Shown piece by piece: positions 10,465 through 19,969 of a stretch of 64,000 bases of DNA; position 1 is the first letter of the stretch; every line of letters starts with the position of its first letter. The notes under the pieces were generated by a model. That model was not told the origin of the DNA, searched no databases, and worked only from the letters and a program-made list of their open reading frames with translations. Both the position numbers and the translations under genes were made by a program. Source of the stretch: a phage; the sequence record PZ166176.1, one strand, 5' to 3'.

Positions 10465-10703
10465 GAAAATTTTTAATAGGTATGTTCTGTACATATCCTG
10501 ATAATAAAGTCAGTTCTACGAAAGTCTGGAACGCTGTAGGCATGTCGGTTATGACAGGCATGTTTATCTTTTTAGGAATAGAAAAAGAAATTCCTGAATG
10601 GATGGGTTGGGCTTTTGTTTTCATGATAACTCCTTCTCGCCTCATGAAAAATCTTATTGATTTACGCTGGGGCAGATCACAATCTACCAAAGAGGATGAC
10701 TAA
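10461..10703 (+). CDS. hypothetical small membrane protein
   Basis: 80 aa with a hydrophobic segment (GMSVMTGMFIFLGI); ATGA overlap with the upstream ORF. Confidence 0.4.
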   Translation: MRKFLIGMFCTYPDNKVSSTKVWNAVGMSVMTGMFIFLGIEKEIPEWMGWAFVFMITPSRLMKNLIDLRWGRSQSTKEDD

Positions 10704-12190
10704 TGGACGAATATGGTTTGACAGATGCGGGATTTGTAATCCCGACTTTTGACGATGTTTTAAACAACTACATGACAGCAGTAAAAAACACATTTGGTGC
10801 AGATGCAGCCACTTCGGAAGATACTGTGATCGGACAACTGTTTAGAATAATTGCATACACAGATTACACATTGTGGGAAGGTATGCAAGGTGTTTACAAT
10901 ACTCAAACACTGGATGGTGCAGAAGGTATTTATCTTGATGAAATCTTTTCTAAACGCGGTTTCTATCGAGCAGGGGCAGCAGCAAGTACAGGTTATGCAT
11001 ATGTTAAGAGTAATAACAAAGCAGCTTGGACTTATGAGCTAGGCACGGATATTTACTTCAACTCTGATAGTGATATGAACTACTATGTTAGCACACCAAC
11101 TATGTTGAATGCTAAGATTGCAGCTTATCAAATCTCTCGTGCTAATGCAACTGCTACAGGTGTTCCAAATATTACTTTTTATGCACAAAGTGCGGTGGAT
11201 GGAGGACTAAACAGTAAAACACTTGCACCTGGTTCTTCTACATTTATAACCGATCTTGAAACTTTTATCAAGGCGAATTTAACAGAAGCTGATCGTAGTC
11301 TTGTATTTTCTGATTCAGGTAACTTATCAATTGGTTTTACTTCTTTAACCAGCGATACTCCAGTGGGACTAGTAACTCCTATCAAATTTTATGCCAGTGT
11401 TCCAGTTGGAACCAAATGGAGTGAAATTCCAGTAGTTGCAGCAGAGAAAGGATACAATCCTGTTGGTGTGGAGTCTATTACAGGGATATCTTCTACCTTT
11501 ACAGGTTATCTTGACAGTGGTAACTTTTATTCATTTTCTCCTGGTCGGGATGTTGAGACAGATGCAGAATTCCGCTCTCGTTTCAATGACAACGTTGATG
11601 AAGCTAACGCAGGGACACGAGCAGCTATTGTGAAAGCTCTGTTACTTACAGATGGTGTTACTAAGGTGAAGATTTATGATAACCCTACGTTACATGATCA
11701 AGAACACGCTCCAGCTATGACTTTCCAGACTATAGTTTATGGTGGCAGTGCAGAAGAAATTGCAAATGTTATCTATAAAACCAAACCAATCAACACTTTG
11801 ACACACGGAACAACTAACATAACAGTTACAACAGAAGATGGAGGACAAGAAATTATTCGCTTCTCTCCTGGTGCTTCTGCTATGTATTCCGTAAAACTTG
11901 TTTATCAAACTGTCAACGGAACAACTTTAAGTGGAACAGAAAAACAAAACATCGTAGAAGCTTTACAAAACCTGCAAGCTTACTTTGAGTTAGGTTCTTC
12001 AGTAACGAACGATCAAATCAAAGGTGTTATTTATGCAGCACTTGCTTTTGGACGCTTGACTTCTCTTCGTGTTTATGTTAAACTTAATACTGAGGATGAC
12101 AGTAAATATACAGAGAATAATATAGTTCCTGCTTATAATGTTGTCCCTTCTTTTGACCTTGATAACATTTCTTACGAGTATGGAGTGTAA
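10703..12190 (+). CDS. baseplate wedge protein, gpJ / gp6-like
   Basis: 495 aa; N-terminal region and gene order (followed by a gpI-like protein and a fibre) resemble the baseplate J family. Confidence 0.45.
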   Translation: MDEYGLTDAGFVIPTFDDVLNNYMTAVKNTFGADAATSEDTVIGQLFRIIAYTDYTLWEGMQGVYNTQTLDGAEGIYLDEIFSKRGFYRAGAAASTGYAYVKSNNKAAWTYELGTDIYFNSDSDMNYYVSTPTMLNAKIAAYQISRANATATGVPNITFYAQSAVDGGLNSKTLAPGSSTFITDLETFIKANLTEADRSLVFSDSGNLSIGFTSLTSDTPVGLVTPIKFYASVPVGTKWSEIPVVAAEKGYNPVGVESITGISSTFTGYLDSGNFYSFSPGRDVETDAEFRSRFNDNVDEANAGTRAAIVKALLLTDGVTKVKIYDNPTLHDQEHAPAMTFQTIVYGGSAEEIANVIYKTKPINTLTHGTTNITVTTEDGGQEIIRFSPGASAMYSVKLVYQTVNGTTLSGTEKQNIVEALQNLQAYFELGSSVTNDQIKGVIYAALAFGRLTSLRVYVKLNTEDDSKYTENNIVPAYNVVPSFDLDNISYEYGV

Positions 12191-12192
12191 AA

Positions 12193-12822
12193 ATGGCAGT
12201 GAGTGTTGACCATGTAACAACTTGGGCCAGTATCAATGAAGATGTTAAAAACCTTCTGATTGAAGATTTTAAATCTTCTCCTAACATTGTCAAGCTCCTC
12301 TACATCGTATCCAGTGAAAAGCAAAAGATAGATCAGGCAATGATCTATCTTGCTAAACACCGCTTGATCTCTACAGCCACAGGCAAATACCTAGATATTC
12401 TAGGGGAAGAAATGGGGATCGAACGTAATGGCTCTGATGATGAAGAGTATAGAACAATATTAAAAATCAGGGCTTACCGCGTAGCCTCATCGGGGACTCG
12501 TGGTGACATAATTGATATCTTCGCCCGTTTCACAGGAACAGAGCGTGAAACGCTTAATACTTACGTAGGTTTGAATAAAACCTTTGATGTGTTTTTCTAC
12601 AACCTGTGTCTTCAATCTGATCAAGCTTTAGAGCAGTTGCTAAGTGTTTTCCCTATTATTAGTAGCTACCGTCTTGGAGCAAAAGCAGGATCAGCTTTTG
12701 GTTTTAGTTCTTATTATGCTACCAAACCGCCTCATGGTATTGGTGGTTTAGGTTCCCTGTACATGGAATCTACTGGGGATGAAACAGGACGCATGTGTAC
12801 GCTTCTCAAGCAAATAGATTAA
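12193..12822 (+). CDS. baseplate/tail protein, P2 gpI-like
   Basis: 209 aa; GKYLDILGEEMGIERNGSDDEEYRTILKIRAYRVASSGT resembles the conserved core of tail protein I family; sits directly after the J-like gene. Confidence 0.4.
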   Translation: MAVSVDHVTTWASINEDVKNLLIEDFKSSPNIVKLLYIVSSEKQKIDQAMIYLAKHRLISTATGKYLDILGEEMGIERNGSDDEEYRTILKIRAYRVASSGTRGDIIDIFARFTGTERETLNTYVGLNKTFDVFFYNLCLQSDQALEQLLSVFPIISSYRLGAKAGSAFGFSSYYATKPPHGIGGLGSLYMESTGDETGRMCTLLKQID

Positions 12823-12831
12823 GGAGTTTAA

Positions 12832-13893
12832 ATGGCGAAGCCAATATATTATCCTGACTGGGCTACACAAACTGTAACGCTCCCAGGAACTTTAAACACA
12901 AACAAAATTAGACCTAAAGAAACCATCCGCACAGTTGGTATGGATTATGGTCAAATCATGACTTGCGAAGAAATGAACTGGATTCTTAATAATATCGGTT
13001 TATGGATTCGCTATTTGGTGGATGACTTTCTTCCAACTTTGCCTGATACTTACTTGCCTTTAGTGGGAACTAAGATTACAATGGCTGGTGACGCTACTGG
13101 TGAGGCTACTTGGAATGGTAACAAAGAAGTTACTTTATCTATCCAGGTTCAAGATAACAGTCATAATCACTTGTCGGCAAACATTACAGATGCCACTAGT
13201 TCAACAGTAACACCAAACGTGCTGGTAAAACGTGATGCGGGTGGTGCTATTTATGGTGGCGATGTTTATGTTAACGGTACTTCCACAACAGATCCTGCAA
13301 CACTGTTCTTCAAAAACTTTGCAGGACAAACAAATGGTGAGATTTCTGCCGAGTATCAAAGCGGAGGTCAGCTTTATATTTATCGTAGAAATCCTAGCAC
13401 AGGTAGTGTATCGGCAGGTGTTCGTTTATATGATGCAGGTTATGTTCTAATAGATAATCCAAGATCAAACAGTGGACAAGATACTTCTAACGGAAATGCT
13501 TTAGTTCGTTTAGATTATCTGAACTCTCGTTTGACTTCCCTTCAGAACACATTGCAGACGAATATTAACACTGTTCAAAATAACTTGAATAATGTTAACA
13601 GCAACCTTTCTTCCCGTATAAACAATGTAGAAAGTAATCATCAAAGTCAGATTACAAATAACTACAATTATGCTAACGGAACCTTTGTAAGAGATATTCG
13701 TTATACTAGCCAAGGTGTGTATTATCCACCAGGGAACGAGGTTTCTTGGACTTATATCTGTTCTTCTGGTTATGTTCTTTCTGGTATTATCGTACAGGAA
13801 ACAGGACGTAGTTCTGCGGATAACATCGGTGGGGTTTATTTCAAACGCCTCCAGCGCAACGTTAACGGAAACTGGTACGATATCGGAGGCTAG
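12832..13893 (+). CDS. tail fibre protein with Asn-rich coiled-coil
   Basis: 353 aa; heptad-like segment LDYLNSRLTSLQNTLQTNINTVQNNLNNVNSNLSSRINNVESN. Confidence 0.5.
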   Translation: MAKPIYYPDWATQTVTLPGTLNTNKIRPKETIRTVGMDYGQIMTCEEMNWILNNIGLWIRYLVDDFLPTLPDTYLPLVGTKITMAGDATGEATWNGNKEVTLSIQVQDNSHNHLSANITDATSSTVTPNVLVKRDAGGAIYGGDVYVNGTSTTDPATLFFKNFAGQTNGEISAEYQSGGQLYIYRRNPSTGSVSAGVRLYDAGYVLIDNPRSNSGQDTSNGNALVRLDYLNSRLTSLQNTLQTNINTVQNNLNNVNSNLSSRINNVESNHQSQITNNYNYANGTFVRDIRYTSQGVYYPPGNEVSWTYICSSGYVLSGIIVQETGRSSADNIGGVYFKRLQRNVNGNWYDIGG

Positions 13894-13894
13894 A

Positions 13895-14440
13895 ATGAGA
13901 TTTACAAATTTTAAAAGATATATTCCCGAAGATCCCGAACTAAAAGAATTGGTAGAAGTAGAGAACATTCTTTTTCTTCGTTGCGATCAAGGTTACGATT
14001 GGTATGATTTACGTAGCACAGAATTCAATAACGATAAAATGAAAGTCGTTTTTGACGATCAAAATCGTATTGTGTTTTGGAATACTGATCCTACACTACT
14101 TTGCCCTGAAGATCTTTCTATAGCACAAGTAGACTTTAATATAGATACTTTTGAGGATATTAGGAACAAGGTTCTGGATTTAGAAACCTTAACTCTTAAG
14201 GATAAAGAGTATTCCCGTGAAGAGTTGATGACACAAGCTAGTGCAAAAATTCGCTCTTTACAAGAAACAGCGGTAGCACTTATAACACCTTTACAGTATG
14301 CTAAAGATTTAGAAATGGCTACTGAAGACGAATTAGCTTATCTTAAAAATCTTCAAGTTTATGTAGTTAAACTAAATCGTGTTCCGCTTCAAAAAGACTA
14401 TCCTTACGCTATAGATTGGCCTACATTACCGACAGAATAA
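13895..14440 (+). CDS. putative tail fibre assembly protein / chaperone
   Basis: Start moved to the ATG right after the upstream stop (track start 13715 overlaps the fibre gene); position and size fit a Tfa-like chaperone. Confidence 0.4.
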   Translation: MRFTNFKRYIPEDPELKELVEVENILFLRCDQGYDWYDLRSTEFNNDKMKVVFDDQNRIVFWNTDPTLLCPEDLSIAQVDFNIDTFEDIRNKVLDLETLTLKDKEYSREELMTQASAKIRSLQETAVALITPLQYAKDLEMATEDELAYLKNLQVYVVKLNRVPLQKDYPYAIDWPTLPTE

Positions 14441-14449
14441 GGGATCACT

Positions 14450-14785
14450 ATGGAATTTCAAGAAGCATGGGGACTTGCAAAGGATGCAATAATCCCTTTA
14501 ATCGGAGTCATCTGGTTCTTTTTCAAACAAAAAATGGATAAATTCGGCTCTGATCTTGAGGAAATGGAGGAGAAAAGTCGAGAGCTAGAGAAGAAGTTGG
14601 TCTTTGTTGAATCAACTTATGCAACTAAAGCCGAACTTACCCAGATGCTAAATCAAATTAACTCTACATTAATGGCAAATAATAACACCCTTGAGCAAAA
14701 AATTGAAAAGATTATGGACCTCAAGAATGCGACTATCCAAATGATGCTAGATGACATAGTTAAACGTACACAGAATAAGGGGTAA
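14450..14785 (+). CDS. membrane-anchored coiled-coil protein
   Basis: 111 aa; N-terminal hydrophobic helix (AIIPLIGVIWFFF) then a charged coiled-coil. Confidence 0.4.
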   Translation: MEFQEAWGLAKDAIIPLIGVIWFFFKQKMDKFGSDLEEMEEKSRELEKKLVFVESTYATKAELTQMLNQINSTLMANNNTLEQKIEKIMDLKNATIQMMLDDIVKRTQNKG

Positions 14786-14788
14786 TTA

Positions 14789-17700
14789 ATGGCAACATTC
14801 CCAACATATCCAGCAACGTCTCTCGAACAGGGCGTAGACCTGGTTATTTTCTCATCTAACCAACTCCATGATGTTATTAATGGAAGTGCTACAGAGAGTA
14901 TTGAAACAGAATCAGGGTTGATACCAACCCTGAGAAAAGCCCTTGTTGACAACTTTTTCTTTAAAAGCCCATTGGATTGGGCGCAAGGCACAAACGAAAC
15001 AGTTTTTAACCAACTTCGTTATTTCCAGAATGGAGTATTGAGCGGTTATTACTATGCCCCTAACGCTACATTGGTTAACCCAATCCCTATGCAAGGGACT
15101 CCAGTAGGAGATAACAACTGGGTATTGTGGGGACTGAAGACAGAACAATTGGCAACAGAAGTCACCCCTTGGGTATATTCTGGTGCAACTGGTTATGAAA
15201 CAGTAATTAGTCCTCCTTACATCTTTGATAGTGCTATTGTTACGATCAATGGTGTTATTCAGGTTCTGGGGGAAGCTTTCCGTATAGAAGACAGTAAGAT
15301 CATCTTATCTGAACCTTTGGGACACGATCCTGCAACAGGACTGCCAAACAAGCTTTTTGCTTATATTGGTAAAATCGTAGCTTCAGCAGATACAGATCCT
15401 AATCTAGAGAACCGTCTTGTTAGTTTAGAAACAAAAACGGAAGAACTAACAGAAAGCATGGATAAAGTCCCTCTGCAAGCTATTGCTCGTAAGTATGGTT
15501 TGTTAGATGATGAGGTGGCTTACGCAACAGCAGGTCAATCGTTAACAGGGATTAAAGCTCTGTATGATCCGGTAGCACAGTCTTCCTACACATTACCTCC
15601 TAACATCACAGGAACTTTAACATCCTTATCTGTTTCTGGAGTAATGACTTATTCTGGAGGATCTGTAGACCTTTCTGCACTGGCTGTTGAGCGTGGACAG
15701 TTTGTTCATTTGCCTACAAGCTTTGGTAATAACGTAACTCTGACAGCTAAAAATCAGACGATTGGACGTGGTGCTGGTCGTTATCGTTGGGCTGGAAGTT
15801 TACCAAAAAGTATTTTGGCCTCTGATACATTGGAGACAAGCGGAGGATTAGGTCCAAATGCATGGGTTCTGACTAATACAGAAGGACTGTTAACCCCTCG
15901 TGGTGGAACATACAACGATCTATTCGATGTTGTCTACTTGTCAGAATTTGCTAACAATACAACTACCTATACCACACCAGAAGCAGCTTTCCAGGCGGCA
16001 CTGTTAGCAGCAAAAGCTTCGAAAAGCAAGATTCTCGATGCTTACGGTTGCGACATGACTTTCACGACAAGCTCTTTTGATATTCAAGATATCACTTTGC
16101 GTGGTGGTGTGTTCCGTGGTCAACGCGACTATCGTGTGCAGAATGCTACAGTAGAAGGCACAACTTTCCGTAACTCTCGTGTTATGTATTGGGGTGGTGC
16201 TGTGCGCATGTTCGATTGTTTGTGGGACGGTGCTCCTCGCGCAGGTCAAGTTGGTAGCTTGGTATTCCAAGGCAACCCAATATCAGGTACTTTTGAAATT
16301 GATAATTGTACTTTTAAAAACGGGTTATATGGCATTCTTCAACAAGGAACAGGGGAACCAGTAACACGCGGTGTCTTCCGTAACCTTACCTTCATGGACA
16401 TGCAAGGTGATGCAATAGAACTGAACGTCATCAATAAACATTATGACGATGGTTGTGTGATTGAGAATATTTACCTGTCTAATATCGATGGGACTAACGC
16501 TCCTATTCCTCTGTCCAACTGGGGTATCGGTATCGGTGTAGCTGGTAAAGGACCATATGGTTACGGAATCCCTGATGATCAATATTGTAAGAACATTACA
16601 ATTCGTAACGTTTTTGCAAAACGTTGTCGTCAGATTGTCCACGTAGAAGTTGGTCGTAATATCTCTATCGAAAACATTCATGGCGATCCAGATCAAACCG
16701 TATCTGTTGGGACAGGTTTGGCAACTGGCGCAGTTGTAATGTATGGAAGTAAAGACTTTACGATTGATGGTGTTTATGGAGAGCCTAAAACAGACGGTAG
16801 CACACTTGCAAGTAATATCCGTATGATTTACTTGGAGTGGGGAACTAACGCAGTTCTGGATGAAGAGGGTAATCCGGTAGTTCCGGCACAGGGCAGACCT
16901 TCAAACCCATGCTTTAACTATTCTGTTCGTAACATTCACACCAAAACTGGGCGTGTTTTTGCGGGAGTTTCCGCTGGGCCAGGTTATGAAAACAGAGTTA
17001 GCTTTGAAAATATTCGTTGCGCTGCCTTGCAGTTGTTCGGTATAGCTTCTTGGCTTTCAATGTCTAACATCACCTGTAATATCTTCGATTGTGTTGGTCA
17101 ACCTGAATCTGGTCCAGGGACATTTTATGATGGATTCTTCCGTAGAGAAAAATCTGTTCTTGAAATGGTTAACGTAAACTGTTACCCAGATGGCAAGACG
17201 ATGGTTACTGGTCGTCCACAGTGGAGCCGTTGCCGTTACTCGGATATTCATCGTGTCAACTGTAATGTTGAAGCTAATATGTATACCAATATCGCAGGTG
17301 GTATTGGAGCTATTGTAGGGACAACGGGCAAAGTTTATTACTTAGAGCCTAATCCTAGTCGAAACATTGATGGAATGCATTTCCCAACAGGGAAAGAGTT
17401 TGACAAAGGGGATATGATAGTCAAGGCGGATAATACGTTCTTCCTTGTAACAACAAGTGGGGCATATATTCCAGATATCCCAGCTTTCGGTATTCGAGCT
17501 ACACAGGCAGGAGATACCTTCCTGACACAGAACTTGACTCCTAACGGGACAGCAACAAATGCTTCTTGGTTGTATCATTACCCTCTGTCAGCAGGGACAC
17601 GTATCCGTATTCCTGGCGCTGGTGTAGGTGGAGCAGATTTGGACACAGTTATTACTCGTGCACCTTATCAAGATAATGATACGTGGACTAACCCAGTTAA

Positions 17701-17842
17701 AATAGACATTGCAGATCCAATTGTAACGCCTACAAGTGCTGGAGTTAGAATTAAAACCATACCTAATGATTCCAGTAATGTTTCTGTAGGTAATACTGCG
17801 GTTATTCGCCCAACGCCAGTAGTAGATGTGCCAACAACCTAA
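14789..17842 (+). CDS. tailspike protein with beta-helix (candidate polysaccharide depolymerase)
   Basis: 1017 aa; shares the SDTLETSGGLGPNAWV motif with the other fibre genes; long Gly/Asn/Val-rich repeats typical of pectate-lyase-like folds. Confidence 0.6.
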   Translation: MATFPTYPATSLEQGVDLVIFSSNQLHDVINGSATESIETESGLIPTLRKALVDNFFFKSPLDWAQGTNETVFNQLRYFQNGVLSGYYYAPNATLVNPIPMQGTPVGDNNWVLWGLKTEQLATEVTPWVYSGATGYETVISPPYIFDSAIVTINGVIQVLGEAFRIEDSKIILSEPLGHDPATGLPNKLFAYIGKIVASADTDPNLENRLVSLETKTEELTESMDKVPLQAIARKYGLLDDEVAYATAGQSLTGIKALYDPVAQSSYTLPPNITGTLTSLSVSGVMTYSGGSVDLSALAVERGQFVHLPTSFGNNVTLTAKNQTIGRGAGRYRWAGSLPKSILASDTLETSGGLGPNAWVLTNTEGLLTPRGGTYNDLFDVVYLSEFANNTTTYTTPEAAFQAALLAAKASKSKILDAYGCDMTFTTSSFDIQDITLRGGVFRGQRDYRVQNATVEGTTFRNSRVMYWGGAVRMFDCLWDGAPRAGQVGSLVFQGNPISGTFEIDNCTFKNGLYGILQQGTGEPVTRGVFRNLTFMDMQGDAIELNVINKHYDDGCVIENIYLSNIDGTNAPIPLSNWGIGIGVAGKGPYGYGIPDDQYCKNITIRNVFAKRCRQIVHVEVGRNISIENIHGDPDQTVSVGTGLATGAVVMYGSKDFTIDGVYGEPKTDGSTLASNIRMIYLEWGTNAVLDEEGNPVVPAQGRPSNPCFNYSVRNIHTKTGRVFAGVSAGPGYENRVSFENIRCAALQLFGIASWLSMSNITCNIFDCVGQPESGPGTFYDGFFRREKSVLEMVNVNCYPDGKTMVTGRPQWSRCRYSDIHRVNCNVEANMYTNIAGGIGAIVGTTGKVYYLEPNPSRNIDGMHFPTGKEFDKGDMIVKADNTFFLVTTSGAYIPDIPAFGIRATQAGDTFLTQNLTPNGTATNASWLYHYPLSAGTRIRIPGAGVGGADLDTVITRAPYQDNDTWTNPVKIDIADPIVTPTSAGVRIKTIPNDSSNVSVGNTAVIRPTPVVDVPTT

Positions 17843-17848
17843 TGGAAT

Positions 17849-17873
17849 AGAGGGGGATTCCCCCTCTTCTTCC
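17849..17873 (+). terminator. rho-independent terminator candidate
   Basis: AGAGGGGG-ATT-CCCCCTCT hairpin followed by TCTTCC, after the stop at 17842. Confidence 0.5.
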
Positions 17874-17903
17874 AATAGAATGGTCTAATGATAGGAGAGA
17901 TAA

Positions 17904-19928
17904 ATGAATTTAACAAGACCTAATAGTGCGATAGCCGATCTGGTAGAAGCTACTTATCGAAAACGTCGCAGCTTTGAGGCAGGTTTTACATTACGTAATT
18001 CCCGTGAAGTTTTGCTGTTAGCAGCAGAAGGGAATTATTACCAATGGAAAGGAACTTTTCCTAAAGTTGTTCCAGCAAACTCTACGCCAGCCACCACAGG
18101 TGGTATTTCTTCCCTTGCATGGCAAAGTGTTGGGACCGCTGATGATATAGCAATTATCAATGCCAAGTTTACGGCAATGCAGCAACAGATTGATGATCTG
18201 TCGGAAACAATACCTGAAGCTGGTAAATCGGCTTATCAGATCGCACTTGATAATGGTTTTGTTGGAACAGAAGCACAATGGCTTGCTTCTTTGAAAGGGG
18301 ATACTGGTGCTCAACTTAATATTAAAGGATCATTAGCAAACACTAGTGAACTACCATCCACAGGTAACGTTGCAGGGGATGGTTATATCGTAGGTGATGT
18401 AATCTACGCTTGGGATGGTTCTGTTTGGAAACTTATTTCTTCTCTTGGGCCAGAAGGTAAATCAGCTTACGAGGTATGGTTGGCAGATGGTAATACAGGA
18501 TCTGTTTATGATTTTCTTACCTCTATAAAAGGTGATAAAGGTGATGTTGGTCCTACAGGGCCACAGGGAGCACCTGGTGTTAACGCCAACGGTTTTGATT
18601 ATCGTGGGGATTTGCCTTCTACAAGTAACTTACCACAACCAAACTCTGAAAACGTAAGTCAAGCTTATTCTATCAATGGTAATCTTTATGTCTCTAATGG
18701 GACAGCTTGGGTCAACATGGGTAATATTGTTGGTCCTCAAGGTCCACAAGGTGAGGCAGGTAAAGACGGTCTTGATGGAACAGATGGAGATGAAGGGAAG
18801 TCTGCATATCAAAGTTGGCTGGATGCTGGTAATGAAGGGACAGAAGTAGATTTTATTGCCTCACTTAAAGGTCCAAAAGGAGACAAAGGTGATCAAGGAG
18901 AGCGAGGTCCACAAGGTGAACTAGGTCCACAAGGACCAGTGGGTGCAACAGGATCAGGCTTAGATATTATCGGGGTTCTGAACAGTGAAGCTGAACTTCC
19001 TCCTACCGGAGAAGTAGGTGATGCATATAAAATTAATAATGATTTATATGTTTGGGTTCAAGATGCTACGGAATGGATGAATGTTGGCAGTCTTGGAGGA
19101 ACATCAATTACAGCTAAAGGTCATGTTCCGAACAGTGAAGCTCTCCCTGTTTATAATAACTATGGCGATGCCTACTTAACTGAAGACACTAGTAATCTTT
19201 ACATCTATACCTACGATCAAGACACCAATTCCGCATCTTTTGTTGACATGGGAAGTATTAAAGGCGACAAAGGTGAAAAAGGGGATAAAGGAGATAAGGG
19301 TGATCCTGGAACAAACGGAACCAACGGTACTGATGGGACCAACGGTAAGGACGGCGCACAGTGGTTTGTAGCAACAACTAATCCAGTCGCAGGAGACGGT
19401 GTTATCAATGATTACGCCTTCAATACTACCACTGGAGCAGTGTTCAAGAAAACAGATTCTTCTACTTGGACACTTATAGGAACTCTTCCTAGTATACCAG
19501 AAGCACCTCAAGACGGCTTGACGTATGGTCGTTCTGATGGGAACTGGATTGAAATATCAGGATCAGATCCTACGGAAGCTATAACACCAACTAGAGTTAC
19601 AGCAGGTTTCATGGAACTTGAAACAACTACTGCCAACTCTGGAGCATCTTGGACCCCTTCTGGAACTTCCAATATGTATGTTGTTACAGTAACTGACGCT
19701 CTGACAGTTGGAGCATGGCCTGGTGTCACTGGCTCTACAAAGCCTAAAGCGTTTTCAGCAATGATTTATTTGATTCAAGATACAACGGGACACACGGTTA
19801 CACTAGATGCGTCTTATGGAGCACTGAATGATACAGAAATAGCAACTACTGCTAACGCAGTAACAATTTTGCAATTAACGTATCCTGGTGTGGGTAATGT
19901 CGTGGACATGGTTGTTGTAACACGATAA
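17904..19928 (+). CDS. tail fibre protein with phage tail-fibre repeats and collagen-like Gly-X-Y tracts
   Basis: 674 aa; three copies of GKSAY-x-WL-x-GN-x-G...SLKG-x-KGD and Gly-X-Y runs (GPQGPQGEAGKDGLDGTDGDEG; GDKGEKGDKGDKGDPGTNGTNGTDGTNGKDG). Confidence 0.7.
   Translation: MNLTRPNSAIADLVEATYRKRRSFEAGFTLRNSREVLLLAAEGNYYQWKGTFPKVVPANSTPATTGGISSLAWQSVGTADDIAIINAKFTAMQQQIDDLSETIPEAGKSAYQIALDNGFVGTEAQWLASLKGDTGAQLNIKGSLANTSELPSTGNVAGDGYIVGDVIYAWDGSVWKLISSLGPEGKSAYEVWLADGNTGSVYDFLTSIKGDKGDVGPTGPQGAPGVNANGFDYRGDLPSTSNLPQPNSENVSQAYSINGNLYVSNGTAWVNMGNIVGPQGPQGEAGKDGLDGTDGDEGKSAYQSWLDAGNEGTEVDFIASLKGPKGDKGDQGERGPQGELGPQGPVGATGSGLDIIGVLNSEAELPPTGEVGDAYKINNDLYVWVQDATEWMNVGSLGGTSITAKGHVPNSEALPVYNNYGDAYLTEDTSNLYIYTYDQDTNSASFVDMGSIKGDKGEKGDKGDKGDPGTNGTNGTDGTNGKDGAQWFVATTNPVAGDGVINDYAFNTTTGAVFKKTDSSTWTLIGTLPSIPEAPQDGLTYGRSDGNWIEISGSDPTEAITPTRVTAGFMELETTTANSGASWTPSGTSNMYVVTVTDALTVGAWPGVTGSTKPKAFSAMIYLIQDTTGHTVTLDASYGALNDTEIATTANAVTILQLTYPGVGNVVDMVVVTR
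18213..19352 (+). repeat. in-frame coding repeats (tail-fibre repeat units and collagen-like triplets)
   Basis: Repeated peptide units seen in the translation of 17904..19928; the antisense ORF 19217..19408 is an artefact of this repeat. Confidence 0.6.
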
Positions 19929-19930
19929 CA

Positions 19931-19958
19931 GAAGCCCCGAAAGGGGCTTTCTTTTTAT
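19931..19958 (+). terminator. rho-independent terminator
   Basis: AAGCCCC-GAAA-GGGGCTT hairpin followed by TCTTTTTAT. Confidence 0.7.
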
Positions 19959-19969
19959 GGAGGGTTTAA

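Noticed and set aside
13510-13968. 152 aa - strand ORF spanning the fibre / assembly gene junction
   Set aside because: Antisense across two translationally adjacent + strand genes; Asn/Ile-rich low-complexity translation.
19217-19408. 63 aa - strand ORF with PLSPLSPFSPLSPL repeat
   Set aside because: It is the reverse complement of the collagen-like Gly-X-Y coding repeats of the tail fibre gene.
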